Assembly: GCA_951406725.2 (NCBI GenBank)
Contig: OX597817.1
Span: 124,620,001 to 124,684,000, forward strand
DNA: 64,000 bases
DNA from: Octopus vulgaris
Taxonomy: Eukaryota
Direction: 5' to 3'
Shown: positions 25,329 through 38,849 of the stretch, piece by piece
Position numbering within the stretch: position 1 is the first letter of the stretch
Layout: the number at the start of each line of letters is the position of its first letter
Position numbers and translations under genes: made by a program
The notes under the pieces: generated by a model
What the model was told of the DNA's origin: nothing
Database searches by the model: none
The model's input: only the letters and a program-made list of their open reading frames with translations

Positions 25329-26596
25329 ATTCAGAATATCATCAAGATAACTAATATCAAACTGTATAAGCATTTATTTTATTTTTTAATTGCATCATAG
25401 TTTTAGAAAAGATTCCTTTACACATTTCAACTCAAAGACCATGGCCATGCTGGGGCACCACCAATGTCATCACCTTTTCAATGGCTATTCTCCCATTGTT
25501 GGCTTTTGGTGAAGGAAGGAGTCTGATATTTTTGAGTTACTTGCATTGGTCAAGCTACTGCTTAAAAACATCTGCTCACTACACTGTGTTGATCTGTCAA
25601 GATTTATGGCTATAGGTCTTTGAATCCCAAGCTATTGCAGTACTTAGTTCTCAGTTTAGATGGAATGGGTGGGGCCTTTGGAGCAGTCAGTGATGTCCTG
25701 TTCAAGGGCAGGCATAAGTCTCATTGTCAAAGTTTTGCGTTAATCTCTTCTAGGATCTTTCATATATATATATATATCAGCACATATCTTTCCCAGGAAG
25801 TTCTTTCAGTCTCTCCCAGTAGCTCAGATGAAGAATTTTGTGTATAAGGGATTTTTGTATGGTTCTTCAAATTTCTCAAGATGCCAGCCATATCTCTCAT
25901 ACTGGACTAAATTAAAACCAAGACACTGAGCTAATGAGTGATCTTTTAAGTGGTTACTTGGAGTATTAGAAATTGCAACCAAATCTCTTTCAAACCATAC
26001 ATTACATCATTATATAAGAAGAAATGGTCATAATTGGAACAATTTTGATTTTAGTTTTGTTTACTCAAGGTCAACAAAGAGCCAAAAAAACAACAAACCA
26101 ACAAACAACAACTAATAACACTTTAGATGTAATGTACCCCTAGATACATTATGTTGTGAAATAAAGATGACATGGTTATGATGAGAGAACCTTGAACAAT
26201 AGGTCTGAAGAATCATGGTTCATCATAGGCTAAACAATAGATATATTGCCTGGCAATCTGTTAAGTGGTTAGCATTAGGAGTGGTACCCAACCAGAGAAA
26301 CCATGCCAAAGCTGACAGTAGAGCTGAAGTCTAACCATCCAACCCATGCTGGATGGTCAGACATTGGGAAAATGGACTTTAAATGATGATAATAATTATA
26401 ATTATGATGATGACGAAATTAAATGGGTTTGCATGTTATCTTCACCAAGGTTTTGTTGAAATAGTCTTCAGACATTGTAAACTTTTGTGCCATAAAATAG
26501 ACAAAACAACACATACATAGAAATATGTTTGTGTCTGTACGTATTTAAAATGCATGTATATCATGTATATATGTGCGTGTGTGTGTATGTGTGTGC

Positions 26597-26634
<38 letters not shown>

Positions 26635-28003
26635 TCATATATATATATACATACATATGTATGTTTATATCCACGACCACAATCAGAGAAACAGTCTTGC
26701 TGTATTGAAAGAAAAGTCAAAATTTTTAACTCCAAAGGGAAAACACAAGGTTGAGGAAAATGAACAAGAAAAGCAAACCTAGCACTAACCTTGTTTTCAA
26801 TTTCCTGTCTTTCCTCATTATCACTTTGAGGATATATTGACATATCATAGCTAATTCTAATTTTAAACAACATACACGGAATTGAATCTCGTAGACACAA
26901 CACAAGATCAGGCAATGGGATTCAAGATACAAATCAATATCGAAAATGGAACTTATAAATCTATGTGTCTCTCAATGCTTTTTAATGGATTTTGTAATAC
27001 TCTCTCCATCTATTTGCAGCAGATTTTGAATAGGATCTGGCTTTGTTATTTATTAACATAGAAGTAGCAACTGCTGCTGCTACCATTGTGTAAATGACTG
27101 GCATAATTCATACCAGTGCCATTCGTATTAGTTTATTGTACACAAGCAGATGTTTTAGAGCGTATGACATTCCTACAACCACTCACCTTTGAGATAATGT
27201 GTTATTCTTCATCACTGCTGCATTAGCAGCTTTATCAATTTGCTTGCTGTTTGTTGTTGTTGTTGTCGTAGTTGTTGAATAGTGCACAAGGTATAGAAGA
27301 TCTGAAGGTGCTAAAATAACCACACACAAACACACACACACACACACAATCACACACATACACAAATGCCTAGATCATAGAAATTATAGTAGAAGCTGAA
27401 GGAATCATGACGAATAGGAATAGAAAAGGAGGATATTCTATAGATTCAGATGTCTATTAGTTTTTTCTTATTTTCTAGCCATCTCGCTTCATCCTAACAC
27501 ATTAGCTGTTCCAATAATTCAAGTAAATATCTGTGAAAAATAGACCAGCGGTCTCTGAGTCTTTAATGTTTAAAACATATTGGTAGTGGACATTAATGTA
27601 TGTAGGTACTTAAAATAAACACAGTTTGTCCTGTGGATAAGAAAAATGATTTTAGTGAAACATTTTCTACTCTTACATTTCATACAAAAACCAATAATTT
27701 TCTTTGTAAATATAATGCAATGTGTGAAGTTTAAGGCCAGAAAAATTTAAGTAGCTTAACAAAGGAAGATAGCGTTCTTTAATTATTATTAACTGTGGGG
27801 TTGATAACATAACTACCAATCAAGAATATCGTCAATAATATTGACTATACTTATACATCCCAATTATGAAGCCTCGTGTTTACCATCAATAAAATAAAAT
27901 ACCAGTCAACACATGGGCTAATGTATGATATATTCAGTTGTTCCCTCCAGGTAAGATACTGGCTAGATGTCTATATTAGAAATTATTATTATCATCGTTA
28001 TTA

Positions 28004-28186
28004 TTAAGGTGGTGAGCTGGTAGAATTGTTAGCTTGCTACACAAAATGCTTCGTGATATTTCATCCATTTTTATGTTCTGAGTTCAACTTTGCCTTCTTC
28101 CATTTGTGGTTGAGGAAATAAGTACTAGAGGAGTACTGGGACCCCCCTCCTCCATAATTTCAGACTTTGTACCTATAGCAGAGAGG

Positions 28187-28219
<33 letters not shown>

Positions 28220-29114
28220 GAGTGAGAGAGCAGTGCATGCCATCAAAGTGACACTGGGGTAAAATATACGAAGTCCAGTATACCCATCATGACTACCCGT
28301 CTGATAAGGGTACACCAGGCATATGCATCACAACCATATGTGCACGGCATGACGATCTCATATCAAAATAAACAGCACATGACCTTGCAGGTGGGGCCCA
28401 GTTAGAATTTTCTTCTGATCGAGTAACCCATCCTGCTAAAAGGTCCCTGAATAAGGGGTGTTTAAGGATGTTGAATGAAACACCCATGTTTCCAGAGGTG
28501 AATTATTCAAACCCCATAGAATCCCTCTCAACACATGGCTATGATGCTCTCTCACTACTTCTGCTCGTGATCAGAGATGCACATATCATCAGCCACTAAG
28601 GGACATGCTAAACTGGATATGGTCAAACAACTGACAAGCAAATCTGTGGTATTGAGCAGAATGTTAGTAGTTGCATAAGATACCACAATACCACTGATTT
28701 TCTTGTCAGTTGTTTGACCTTAACCAGTTGACCATGTCCCTTAGTGGCTGACGATATGAGCATTTCTGATCATGAGCAGAAGTAGCCATGTGTTGAAAGG
28801 AATTCTTAGAGGTTTGGGTATTTCACCTTTGAAAACATGGGTGGTTCTTTGAACATCCTTAAACAATCCTTATTCAGGGACCTTTTGAATGGGATAGGCT
28901 ATTCGACCAGAAGAAAATTCTAACTGGGCCCCCACCTGCAAGGTCATACACTGTTTATCTTGATATGAGATCACCATGAGGCGCACATATGGTTGTGATG
29001 CATGTGCCAAGTGCACCCTCATCAGACAGGTAGTCATGATGGGTATACTGGGCTTCGTATATATTTTACTCCAATGTCACTTTGATGGCATGCACTGCTC
29101 TCTCTCACTCACTC

Positions 29115-29153
<39 letters not shown>

Positions 29154-29370
29154 CATTTCTACTGTAGGCACAAAGCCTGAAATTTTGGGGGTGGGTTTTA
29201 AGTTGATTACATCGACCCCAGTACTCATCTAGCTCTTAATTTATCATCCCCAAAAGGATGAAAGGCAAAGTCAACCTTGGTGGAATTTGAACTGAAAACA
29301 TAGCAGCAGATGAAATACTGATAAGTATTTCGCCTTGTGTGCTATCAATTCTGCCAGCCCATCACCTTAA
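28004..29370. repeat. ~1.37-kb composite inverted repeat: SINE-B + (ATT)n + ~440-bp element, mirrored
   Basis: 28219-28655 (tgagtgagagagcagtgcatgccatcaaagtgac...caactgacaag) is the reverse complement of 28681-29116; outer SINE-B 28004-28190 mirrors 29152-29370. Confidence 0.93.
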
Positions 29371-30370
29371 TGATAATAATAATAATAATGATAATGTTGC
29401 TATGCAACATTTTATTACATCCTCCAGTTTGAATTCAAATCCTATTGATGTAGCTTTTGTCTTTGAATTTCATGTCGTTGATAACATATATCTGTTAAAT
29501 AATGATATCAGTTATAATAAATGGTTCTTCTCACCCTAGTTTTCTGGTACTAAGCCTATGCTAAAAATCATTGTCATCATCATCATTCTTGTTCGTATTG
29601 TTTCCTGTCCTGGCAAGGTGTGTTGTATAGCATTGCCATGTTTAAACTACATTTTGTTGATTTTGTTTTTTTTCTCAAAAGATAATGTTTCCTTATTCCT
29701 GTTTTATACTGTACAAAACCATTACAAAGAAAGAATAGAAGTTTACTTTTATATTTTAATAGCCAGACTAAGCTAAAACAAAAACAACAAAAAAAAAGAC
29801 AGAAAAAAGACATTTTTGAACTGCTTCTGAAACAATTTGCTTATTCAACACAAGATGTTGATGAGAGATAGAGGTAATTCTTCCTCAAAGAAAAACTTTA
29901 GTAATGACAACAACAACAAACAAACAAATATATAATGAAAAAATCTGTACAACAAAGAACATACGTAGTGAAACAAAGAAACTGTCATGTTTCTGCGGAC
30001 ATTGATTTAGTCAGTAATAGAGCTGCCTCTATGGACATTGATAGTAATGAGAATGATTTTGTGATTTTGGCAGCACTTTTAGTAATAACAGTGAGAGCAA
30101 CAACAACAGGTCAAACGAAAGCAGTTCCATATAATTTTAATGATAGCAATTTGATTGTAATGCCATTCTTTATTGTTTGCTCTGAATGAGCAGATCTATG
30201 ATCAAAAGTTATTTCAGAATTTGAGCATCTCTTCTATTTTTGTTTTTTGTTTTGTTTTCAAACATTGTTGTTGCTGTTTAGCTCCAAGCCGACTCTAATA
30301 AGATGAACATATGATCAAAATCATTCAGTTTTCAAAGGTATTTAGGTTTACATTATGTAATGTGTCTACC

Positions 30371-30567
30371 AAGCTGGCAGAAACGTTAGCGCGTCAGGCG
30401 AAATGCTTAGCGGTATTTCCTCTGCCGTTATGTTCTGAGTTCAAATTCCGCCGAGGTCGACTTTGCCTTTCATCCTTTCGGAGTTGTGCACTGGGAGTCG
30501 ATGTAATCGACTTAATCTCTTTGTTTGTCCCCTCTATGTCTAGCCCCTTGTGGGCAATAAAGAAATA
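30371..30567 (+). mobile_element. SINE family B (CpG-rich, young-looking)
   Basis: agctggcagaaacgttagc..gagttcaaattcc..ttgtgggcaataaagaaata. Confidence 0.88.
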
Positions 30568-30654
30568 ATGTGTCTACCATTTCTTTATATCTCTAGGATA
30601 TGATTTGAAAGAAATTTAACTGGTATTTCTTGCAAATCAAGCAGAAGAAGGCAA

Positions 30655-30978
30655 CCTCCTTCAGTCATAAATGACAATGAGATTGCATCAAGAAAGTTCC
30701 CCTCTGAGGTACAAGTCTGGGCAAATTTGTTTATGGAAGACAAACAGTCATCCATGCATACCAGCCTCACTCTCCATGCTACCAATGTTATCCAAGGGAA
30801 AGGCAAAGGCTGATACAGCTTGGCACCAGTGACATTGCTACTCATTTCTACAGCTGAGTGAACTGCAGCCTTGTGAAATAAAGTGTCTTGCTCAAGAACA
30901 CATTACACAGCTTGGTCCAGGAATTAAACTTACTATCTCATGGTTGTGAGCCTGATACTTTAACCACCAAGCCATACA
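30655..30978 (-). mobile_element. SINE family C
   Basis: homologous to 34255-34570 (+) and 54290-54614 (-); tRNA-like head at the right end. Confidence 0.85.
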
Positions 30979-32659
30979 TGAGTAGAAATTTCTTAATTGA
31001 CTATATACTTTTCAGGCATAAAAAATCCAAGTTGGCATTATCCAAAATGCCCTTCATCTTTTTAAGATGGCATGATATTATGTAAAGGGTATTTGGTTAT
31101 TTCTACCAGTGAGGCTGTGCAGCCACATAGATGTCAGGCTCTCTCATCAGTTAGTCGTTGTAACGTGTTCATAAGAGAAAGTTTGTGGATCAGCTCATCT
31201 TGACCTTTAACTTCCACAGTTTTATATGCAGTCTAGCTCTCTGTGAGTATGTATGGGCATGTGTGTATGTGTATGTGTATGTTTATGTGTGTATGTATGT
31301 ATTTGAGTGTGTGTGTGTGTAACTATCTGTCTGTGGCAGCTACACTGGCTCTGGTAAGTGAGTACTACTCAAGTGTAGGGGTTTTAGTAAAAGGTCTGCA
31401 AATATTCAAATGTACTATCTTTTGGATATGATTATTGTAAGAAAGAGAATTTCCAAAGGTAGAAATTATAGCCTTAAACAATAAGTGCAAATTAATGAAG
31501 AATTATAGGATAGCTAAAGACAAGACAATAGTTTTCTTATATTGAACTAAATTATATCAAGAATTTCTATGAACGGTTACATTCCATATTAGGTAATAAA
31601 AAAAACACAGTAACATACACTGATTCATATATGTTGATATACATCAATTTCTTATTCTTTCATTGCAGACATGATTCATTCTAGTGTTTCAATAATAGTT
31701 GAGCTTATGAGTTTTGCTTCAACAATTGCTATTTTGTAAACATAATTTTAAAACTATAATCCGGACAACAATATAATTTCTGCCAACAATATAGCAAACG
31801 ATAACTTTATTACTAAACAAAATGGCATTTAAATATATAAATATTCTTAAAAAATGAATAAAAACATAATATATAGTCTTTAACAAGGACATATTCATGT
31901 GTTTACTTTCCGAATCTTGTAGCAAAAGGAAATATTTCGTTTTTTGTTATAACATACAAAATATTTGAAAGAATTGCATTATTTTCAGTAAAGACACCTA
32001 TTATTTGGGAAAAAATTATTACTTTTTTAAATGCAATCTTGCAATGTGATTGTCAATCAAAATTTTAATATATGTTTCCCTTTGGCAATTTCTAAGAATC
32101 ATTTTAAAATTTATCAAGCGTATTCAACAAAATCCTAAAAATTAAATATGATGATGATGATGATGATTATCATCTTGTTATTACCACAGCAACAATTATC
32201 ATCAGCAACAATAGTATTACATTTATCACCATCATCATCAGGTTTAACATGATTCTTCATATTACTATACAGAATTGAGCAATCCTTTACATCAGATTAC
32301 ATCTTACAAAACATCTGTGAGCTCCCAGTTTAGAGATTGTATCAATACCAAAGCACAATCTTCATCAAACATTAATGGCAGAATCAGCAAAATACTTTGC
32401 AATATTTAGTTGCATACGTTTTGTGTTCTAAGTTTGTGTCTTACCAAAGAGACTTTACTATTCAGCTTTTTGGGTTTGGGTTTGGGTTTGCAGTAAAGTA
32501 CCAGTCAAGAATTAGGATCAGTCTAATCAATAGTACTACTCCAACCAATACTTCAGGCCTCATGCCTAAGTTAAAACTTGATACTAATTTGGGGTGTTTG
32601 AACCAACAGTGTGTCTTTACTCATAGAACTGCAGCCGAATCTTCTTCAAATCACACTCA

Positions 32660-34010
32660 TCATCATCATCATCGCCGCCGTCGTTTAACGTCCGCTTTTC
32701 ACGCTGGTATGTGTTGGACGATTTGACTGCGGACTGGCAAGCAACAATGCTGCATTGTAGCTTGCCAGTCTGCAGTCAAATTCATAGTCAAATTCATAGT
32801 CAAACTTAGCCAGATCAGATTGGAGCCAGGCTCCAATCTGATCTGGCTAAGTTTCTACAGTTGGATGCCCTCCCTAATGCCAAGCATTCTGAGAGTGTAG
32901 TGGATGCTTTTTATGTGCCACCAGCATGAGGGCCAATCAGGCAATACTGACATTGACCACACTTGAATGGTGCTTTGTATGTGCCACCAGCATGGGGCCA
33001 GTCAGCCAGCACTGGTAACGACCACACTCAGCCACCACTGGCAACGATCACGCTTGAATGGTGCTTATTACATTCTGCCGGCACAGGTACCAATCAAGTA
33101 GTATTGTCATCAGCCATGACAATGACTTCACTTGACTACCTGAAGGGATTTGTGATTCATCTGCCTCCCTACTTATTAAGACTTTGGTTTTTGCTAGATT
33201 GACTCTAAGGCCCTTCGATTCTAGGCCTTGCTTCCAGACTTGAAACTTCTCCTCTAGTTTTGATAGTGACTTAGCTATTAGAGCAAGGTCATCAGCATAG
33301 GGCAGCTCCCAGGGGCATCCTGTCTTGAATTCCTCTGTTATTGCCTGGAGGACTATGATGAATAAAAGGGGGCTAAGGATTGATTGTTGGTGGACCCCTA
33401 CCCCTACCTGGAATTCTTCACTATACTCATTGCCAACCCTCACCTTACTGACAGTATCCCTGTACATGGCTTGCACAGGTCTCACTAACCATTCGCCTAT
33501 CCCTAGTTTCTGCATTGACCACCAGATAAGGGATTGGGAGGACCCTGTCAAAGACTTTCTCCAAGACAATGAAAGCCAAGTACAGAGATTTATTTTTGGC
33601 AAGGTATTTCTCCTGTAGCTGTCTTACCAGTGGTTCTTTTCCCTGGCACAAACCAAAACTGCATCTCATCTAGACTGACTCTCTCCCTAATTAGTTGGGC
33701 TATGACCCACTCCGTGACTTTCTTTACCTGATCCAACAACTTGATACCTCTGTAATTATTCATATCTAATGCATCACTTTTATTTTTATAGCAGCTGACT
33801 ATAGTGTTACTACACCAGTCATTGGGTATGACTCCTTCATATATTACCTGATCGACTATATGGGTGACTAGATTATAGTCAACACTGCCAGATATTTTAA
33901 GCATCTCTGCAGTGATTCCTGATGTCTTCATATTTGTCTTCATACTTTATCTACCAAGGTACTGTCAATTTGGATAGCTGGTCCTTCTGTTGGGTCGACA
34001 TTTGACAGAC
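32660..34010 (-). mobile_element. 5'-truncated RTE-clade LINE: RT pseudogene (33135-34010) plus 3' tail
   Basis: ORFs give IPNDW..YKNKSDALDMNNYRGIKLL, QFWFVPGK, LYLAFIVLEKVFDRV, VGVHQQSILSPLLF, YADDLAL, GLRVNLAKTKVL; frameshifted; ends in ggacgttaaac..(gat)n. Confidence 0.95.
32721..32854. repeat. two adjacent 1-nt-loop hairpins (30 bp and 26 bp) separated by a tandem 12-mer
   Basis: 32721-32781 (2 mismatches) and 32802-32854 (perfect: aaacttagccagatcagattggagcc a ggctccaatctgatctggctaagttt). Confidence 0.95.
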
Positions 34011-34254
34011 TTTCATTCTCTTATTCGAAAATAAAGGAGGGAAGAATGCATTAGATAATGTAATGATAAACACTTCGAAGATGGGATGATCACAAATGAA
34101 ATACTTTGATCACACATACACCATACGGAAACATAATTTCTTTGTCTGCTCCAAGGACAATACTTTCTTAATGGGAGAAGCAAATGAGGTTTCCTCAAGC
34201 TAGAAGAAATAACAGTCAAATATCCATCAAATCACATCTTACTATCTTATTAAA

Positions 34255-34570
34255 GGTGCATCGGGTTCCCAATTATGAAGTAGTGAGTTTGATTCCTGGA
34301 CCAGGCCGCATGTTGTGTTCTTGAGCAAGACACTTTATTTTCATGATGTTCCAGTTCACTTTGCTGTATAAAAACCAATTGCAACATCATTGGTGTGAAA
34401 CTATATCAGCCTTTATCTTTCCCTTGGTTAACATCAGTGGCATGGAGGAGAGGGGAGGGTGGTATGCATGGGCAACTGCTGGTCTTCCATAAACAACCAT
34501 ACCCAGGTTTGTGCCTTGGAGAGGAACTTTCTAGATACAACCCCATTGTCAGTCATGACCAAAGGAGGTC
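34255..34570 (+). mobile_element. SINE family C
   Basis: reverse complement of 30655-30978. Confidence 0.8.
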
Positions 34571-35336
34571 TTTATCTTATTAAAGGGAAGAAACACTTGA
34601 CTATGTGATGTGATATATATAAAAAACACCATTAATATTGGACTAAACAGCAGCAACTTGTAGCATGCTTTTGCCTTCTCTTCCAGCACACACATTCCAT
34701 TCACTTGCAAACAACCTCTTCTGCAGTAGAGACCTAATTATTTTGGCTCAGCACGATCATGGGCCATTGTGTGTTACCATCAGTCAGTTATCAGTTGGGA
34801 TATGTAAGTCCCTCTTATAAGATTCTATACTTTGCCCAAGGATAACTTCAGAGAAATTTTCACTATCAGTGACCTCTGATGATAATGGTTTAGTTATACT
34901 GGTGATGACATTTTATGCCCCTGGTTACAGTCAATATTGACATGGAGACAGAATTTCTTTATCAGTATAAAAGACAACAAGTTCTAAGTTGAATAAACAA
35001 ACGTGATTACTTAGATCTACTAGAAATAGCAGTCAAACCTCCCTTAAATTGCATTGTTCTTTCTTATAAAAGTAAGTAAATATCGATTCATGTTATCCTA
35101 GATATACAAAGATATGAAAGCTTTCTCTGTAACTGAGTTAAAATTAGGCAACGATCTTCTGGTGTTGATATAAAGTACCAATTCAAAGCAGGGAATTGGC
35201 AGAATTGTTGGAGGGTTGGATGACATACCCAGAATTATCTGTTCTAGCTATTTGTGTTCTGAGAGGAATGCCTGTGATGACAGTGGTGATAAGCTGTATT
35301 AGTCTTGATCAGTGGCCTTCCTTTTAAACAAAGATC

Positions 35337-35708
35337 AGTGCATCCAACCCATGCCAGCATAGAAAACGGGTGGATGATGATGACGATGACAATGATGACG
35401 ATGATGATGATGACAACGACAGTGATAATGGTGATGACATGAAGAGGTGAAGGAAATTAATGCATAGCCACCAGCACAGGTATCACAGCTACAATTTCCA
35501 TTCAACATCAAAAAATCAAATGGTGCCTCCCCTGGCACATAAAAGGCATCCACTACACTCATGGAGTGGTTGGCATTAGGAAGGGCATCCAGCTGTAGAA
35601 ACACTGCCAGATCAGACTGGAGCCTGGTGCATCCTCCTTGCTTCCCAGACCCCGGTTGAACCATCTAACCCATGCTAGCATGGAAAATGGACATTAAACG
35701 ATGATGAT
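35337..35708 (+). mobile_element. RTE-tail element, two tandem tail pieces with (GAT)n
   Basis: ccaacccatgccagcatagaaaacgg and gagtggttggcattaggaagggcatccagctgtag..gcatggaaaatggacattaaacgatgatg. Confidence 0.8.
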
Positions 35709-36344
35709 TTGGCCTGTATTGTCAACATTAACTGATCAAAGCCCTACAAAAATATGAGATGATCAGAGCTGGAATACCTTTGACCAAAGTCATGCTTACT
35801 CAGAGTTAACTTGGAACTAATCTACTACAGCTATTATGCTACCTAGCTGCATATATTTCCCACCTGCAACACTAATGGTTTAGAAGATATTTATCTGGTT
35901 TTACTTTTTTTTCTATTTACATGATTATTATAACTGTCCATTCCTATTTCTGCTCTACTTTTGAAGAATCAATGCTGAAGTATGGATATATGATGAAGCC
36001 ATCGTTAAAGTGATTAGAGTAACGTTTCATGGTTTTGTTATTTTTTTTGTTGTTTTTGCTTTTATTTGCATTTATGTATCCACAAGTTAAAAGGATGGGT
36101 GAGTCAACTACTTAACTAATCACACTGATAAGTACCCGATAATGTGTGGTCAGCTTTTGTGTTAATGTATATACGAAGATAGCATAAAGCTAGCACTTTG
36201 CAAAACAAAATGTAATTAATTACAGCAATGTAGGAGAGAAAAAAAAACGATTCTATGCAGCTCTTTACTAACTAGAAATAGCATCAAAGTCCTCCCTTCT
36301 GTAACAACACACTCTGCCTGCTTAAAACAAAAAGAAAATAAAGA

Positions 36345-36660
36345 CAAAAATAGGGAGGGTGGGAGGAGGAGGAGATGAAGGGGGAGGAGAAGACATGAAG
36401 GAGGGGAGAGAAGGTGAAGGAGAAGATATAAATGAGGAGGGGAGAGGAGATGGAGGAGGAGGAGGAGAAGATATGAAGGAAGGGAGAGAAGGTGAAGGAG
36501 AAGATATAAAGTAGGAGGGGAGATGAGATGGAGGAGGAGGAGGAGATGAAGGAGGAGGAGAAGATATGAAGGAGGGGAGAGAAGGCGGAGGAGAAGATAT
36601 AAAGAAGGAGAGGAGAGGAGATGGAGGATGAGGAGGAGAAGAAGAAGAAGAAAACAGAGA
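36345..36660. repeat. polypurine GGA-rich higher-order tandem repeat
   Basis: recurrent ggaggaggagaagatatgaaggaggggagagaaggtgaaggagaagatataa units; almost no C on the + strand. Confidence 0.9.
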
Positions 36661-37106
36661 TGACATTGGTATTGATGATGCCACTGCCTCTGATGACATT
36701 GGATGATGTTGTTCTACGTACAATTAGTTCAGAAAGAAAAACTTTGATTAAAAGACCTGTGATACCTTAATTATAAGCTTACTTTAAGCAGAGCTAACAT
36801 AAATGTAAAATGCAATAATTGCAGCAATAACATTATTCCCATTTGTTGCAACAGTAACCCTTTGAAACAAAAGATACCTACTTAGAGCCACAAGGACAGG
36901 ATCATTGAAAGTTATGTGATAGAGTCAGTTTGTCAGATCCTCAATTGAAGATGATAAAAATAAAATCAACTTTTGTCTGGATGACTGAAAAGCAAAGAGT
37001 GTATGTGTTCTGTCTACTATATCGTACACATTCTGATCAACCACTGTGTACCAGGTTGTGCATTATGGTTATCAGTAAAGCAGAAGCATAGTATATGTGT
37101 GTAATT

Positions 37107-37155
37107 ATCTATCTATCTATCTGTCTATCTAGCTATCTATCTGTCAGTCTGTCTG

Positions 37156-37220
<65 letters not shown>

Positions 37221-37255
37221 GTATCTGCCTGTCTGTCTCTCTGTCTATCTATCTC

Positions 37256-37331
<76 letters not shown>

Positions 37332-37960
37332 AAATGTGACTTCATTGACCGAGGTTACCGTGGTCTTTTCCGTAGGCTTTTCTTTCCACGGTAAACCTCA
37401 CCTGTCCTCCCCTTTACACTTCATATTGACATTTCTGTGATAACGATCCCTATTGATCAATTTTTTTCCTCCCCCCTTTTTTAACCCCCTTTTTTGTCCT
37501 CTTTCTCTCCTTTTACGATCCTTTGATGAAACTCCCCCTTCCTTTTTTTTTTTTTTTTTTAAACCTTCAAAAGAAAAGCTCTACCTTGTAATTTGTTCTA
37601 TCTGTGTGCAGCCCTGTGTGGCTAATAAAGAAACATATCTATCTATCTATCTATCTGTCTGTCTGTCTGTCTGTTTATCTGTCTATCTATCTGTCTGTTT
37701 GCCTGTCTGTCTATCTATCTATCTAACTATCTACTTATCTACCCGTGTGTTCATTTGTCTGTTTCTCTCTCTCTCTCTCTCTCTGTCTCTGTCTCTCTCT
37801 CTCTCTCACTCTATCTATCTACCTACCTGTGTGTTCATTTGTCTGTCTTTCTGTCTGTCACCCACTCTCTATCTTCTCTCACTCTCTCTCTATCTCTCTC
37901 TATCTATCTGTCTACCTGTCTGTTAATCTGTCTGTCTCTCTGTCTATCTATCTATCTATC
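37107..37960. repeat. (TCTA)n/(TCTG)n arrays interrupted by a ~305-bp insert (37331-37635)
   Basis: read directly; insert has hairpin gaggttaccgtgg/ccacggtaaacctc and ends with aataaagaaac. Confidence 0.85.
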
Positions 37961-38427
37961 TCATCACCTTGATCATTATATTAATGTCTACATATCCATG
38001 ACTGCATGCATTCGACAGAATTTACTGAGGCAGATTTCTCATGCTTATATAATGAGCTCCTTTCAGTTTCTTTTTTACCAAATTCTCTCAGAAGGCATTA
38101 GTTACCTAAAATTGTAGAAGACACTTGTCCAGGTTTCTATGCAATGGGACTGAACTCGAAACCTTGTGGTTTAGAACTCAATTTCTGATCTACACAGCCA
38201 TGTCTGTGACTAAGTCATACCTACATATCATAAATATAAATTGGTCACTAATAAAGATATAAGTTTGATCTTGTAAACTGATTGCTAAATATATATTACA
38301 AGATTTAATCTATTTGTAGATCGATAATGGATCTCTGTTGTCAGTTTCAAGCTTAAGTATTCAGTAGTTTGAACTCCTGAGCTACCTGCATATTAAATTA
38401 GCATGGATTAATTGCTCCACTGACATA

Positions 38428-38849
38428 CTCTTTACTCTCTTTTACTCTTTTACTTGTTTCAGTCATTTGAGTGCGACCATGCTGGAGCACATCCATTAGT
38501 CGAGCAAATTGACCCCAGTACTTATTCTTTGTAAGCCTAGTACTCATTCTATCGGTCTCTTTTGCCGAACTGCTAAGTTACGTGGACGTAAACACACCAG
38601 CATCGGTTGTCAAATGATGTTGGGGGGACAAACACAGACACAGAAACACACACACACACACACATACGCACATATATACATATATACAATGGGCTTCTTT
38701 CAGTTTCCGTCTACCAAATCCAGTCACAAGGCTTTGGTCGGCCCGAGGCTATAGCAGAAGACACTTGCCCAAGGGGCTATGCAGTGGGAATGAACTCAGA
38801 ACCATGTGGTTGGTAAGCAAGCTACTTACCACACAACCACTCCTGTGCC
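38428..38849 (-). mobile_element. SINE family A
   Basis: reverse complement of the family consensus. Confidence 0.9.
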
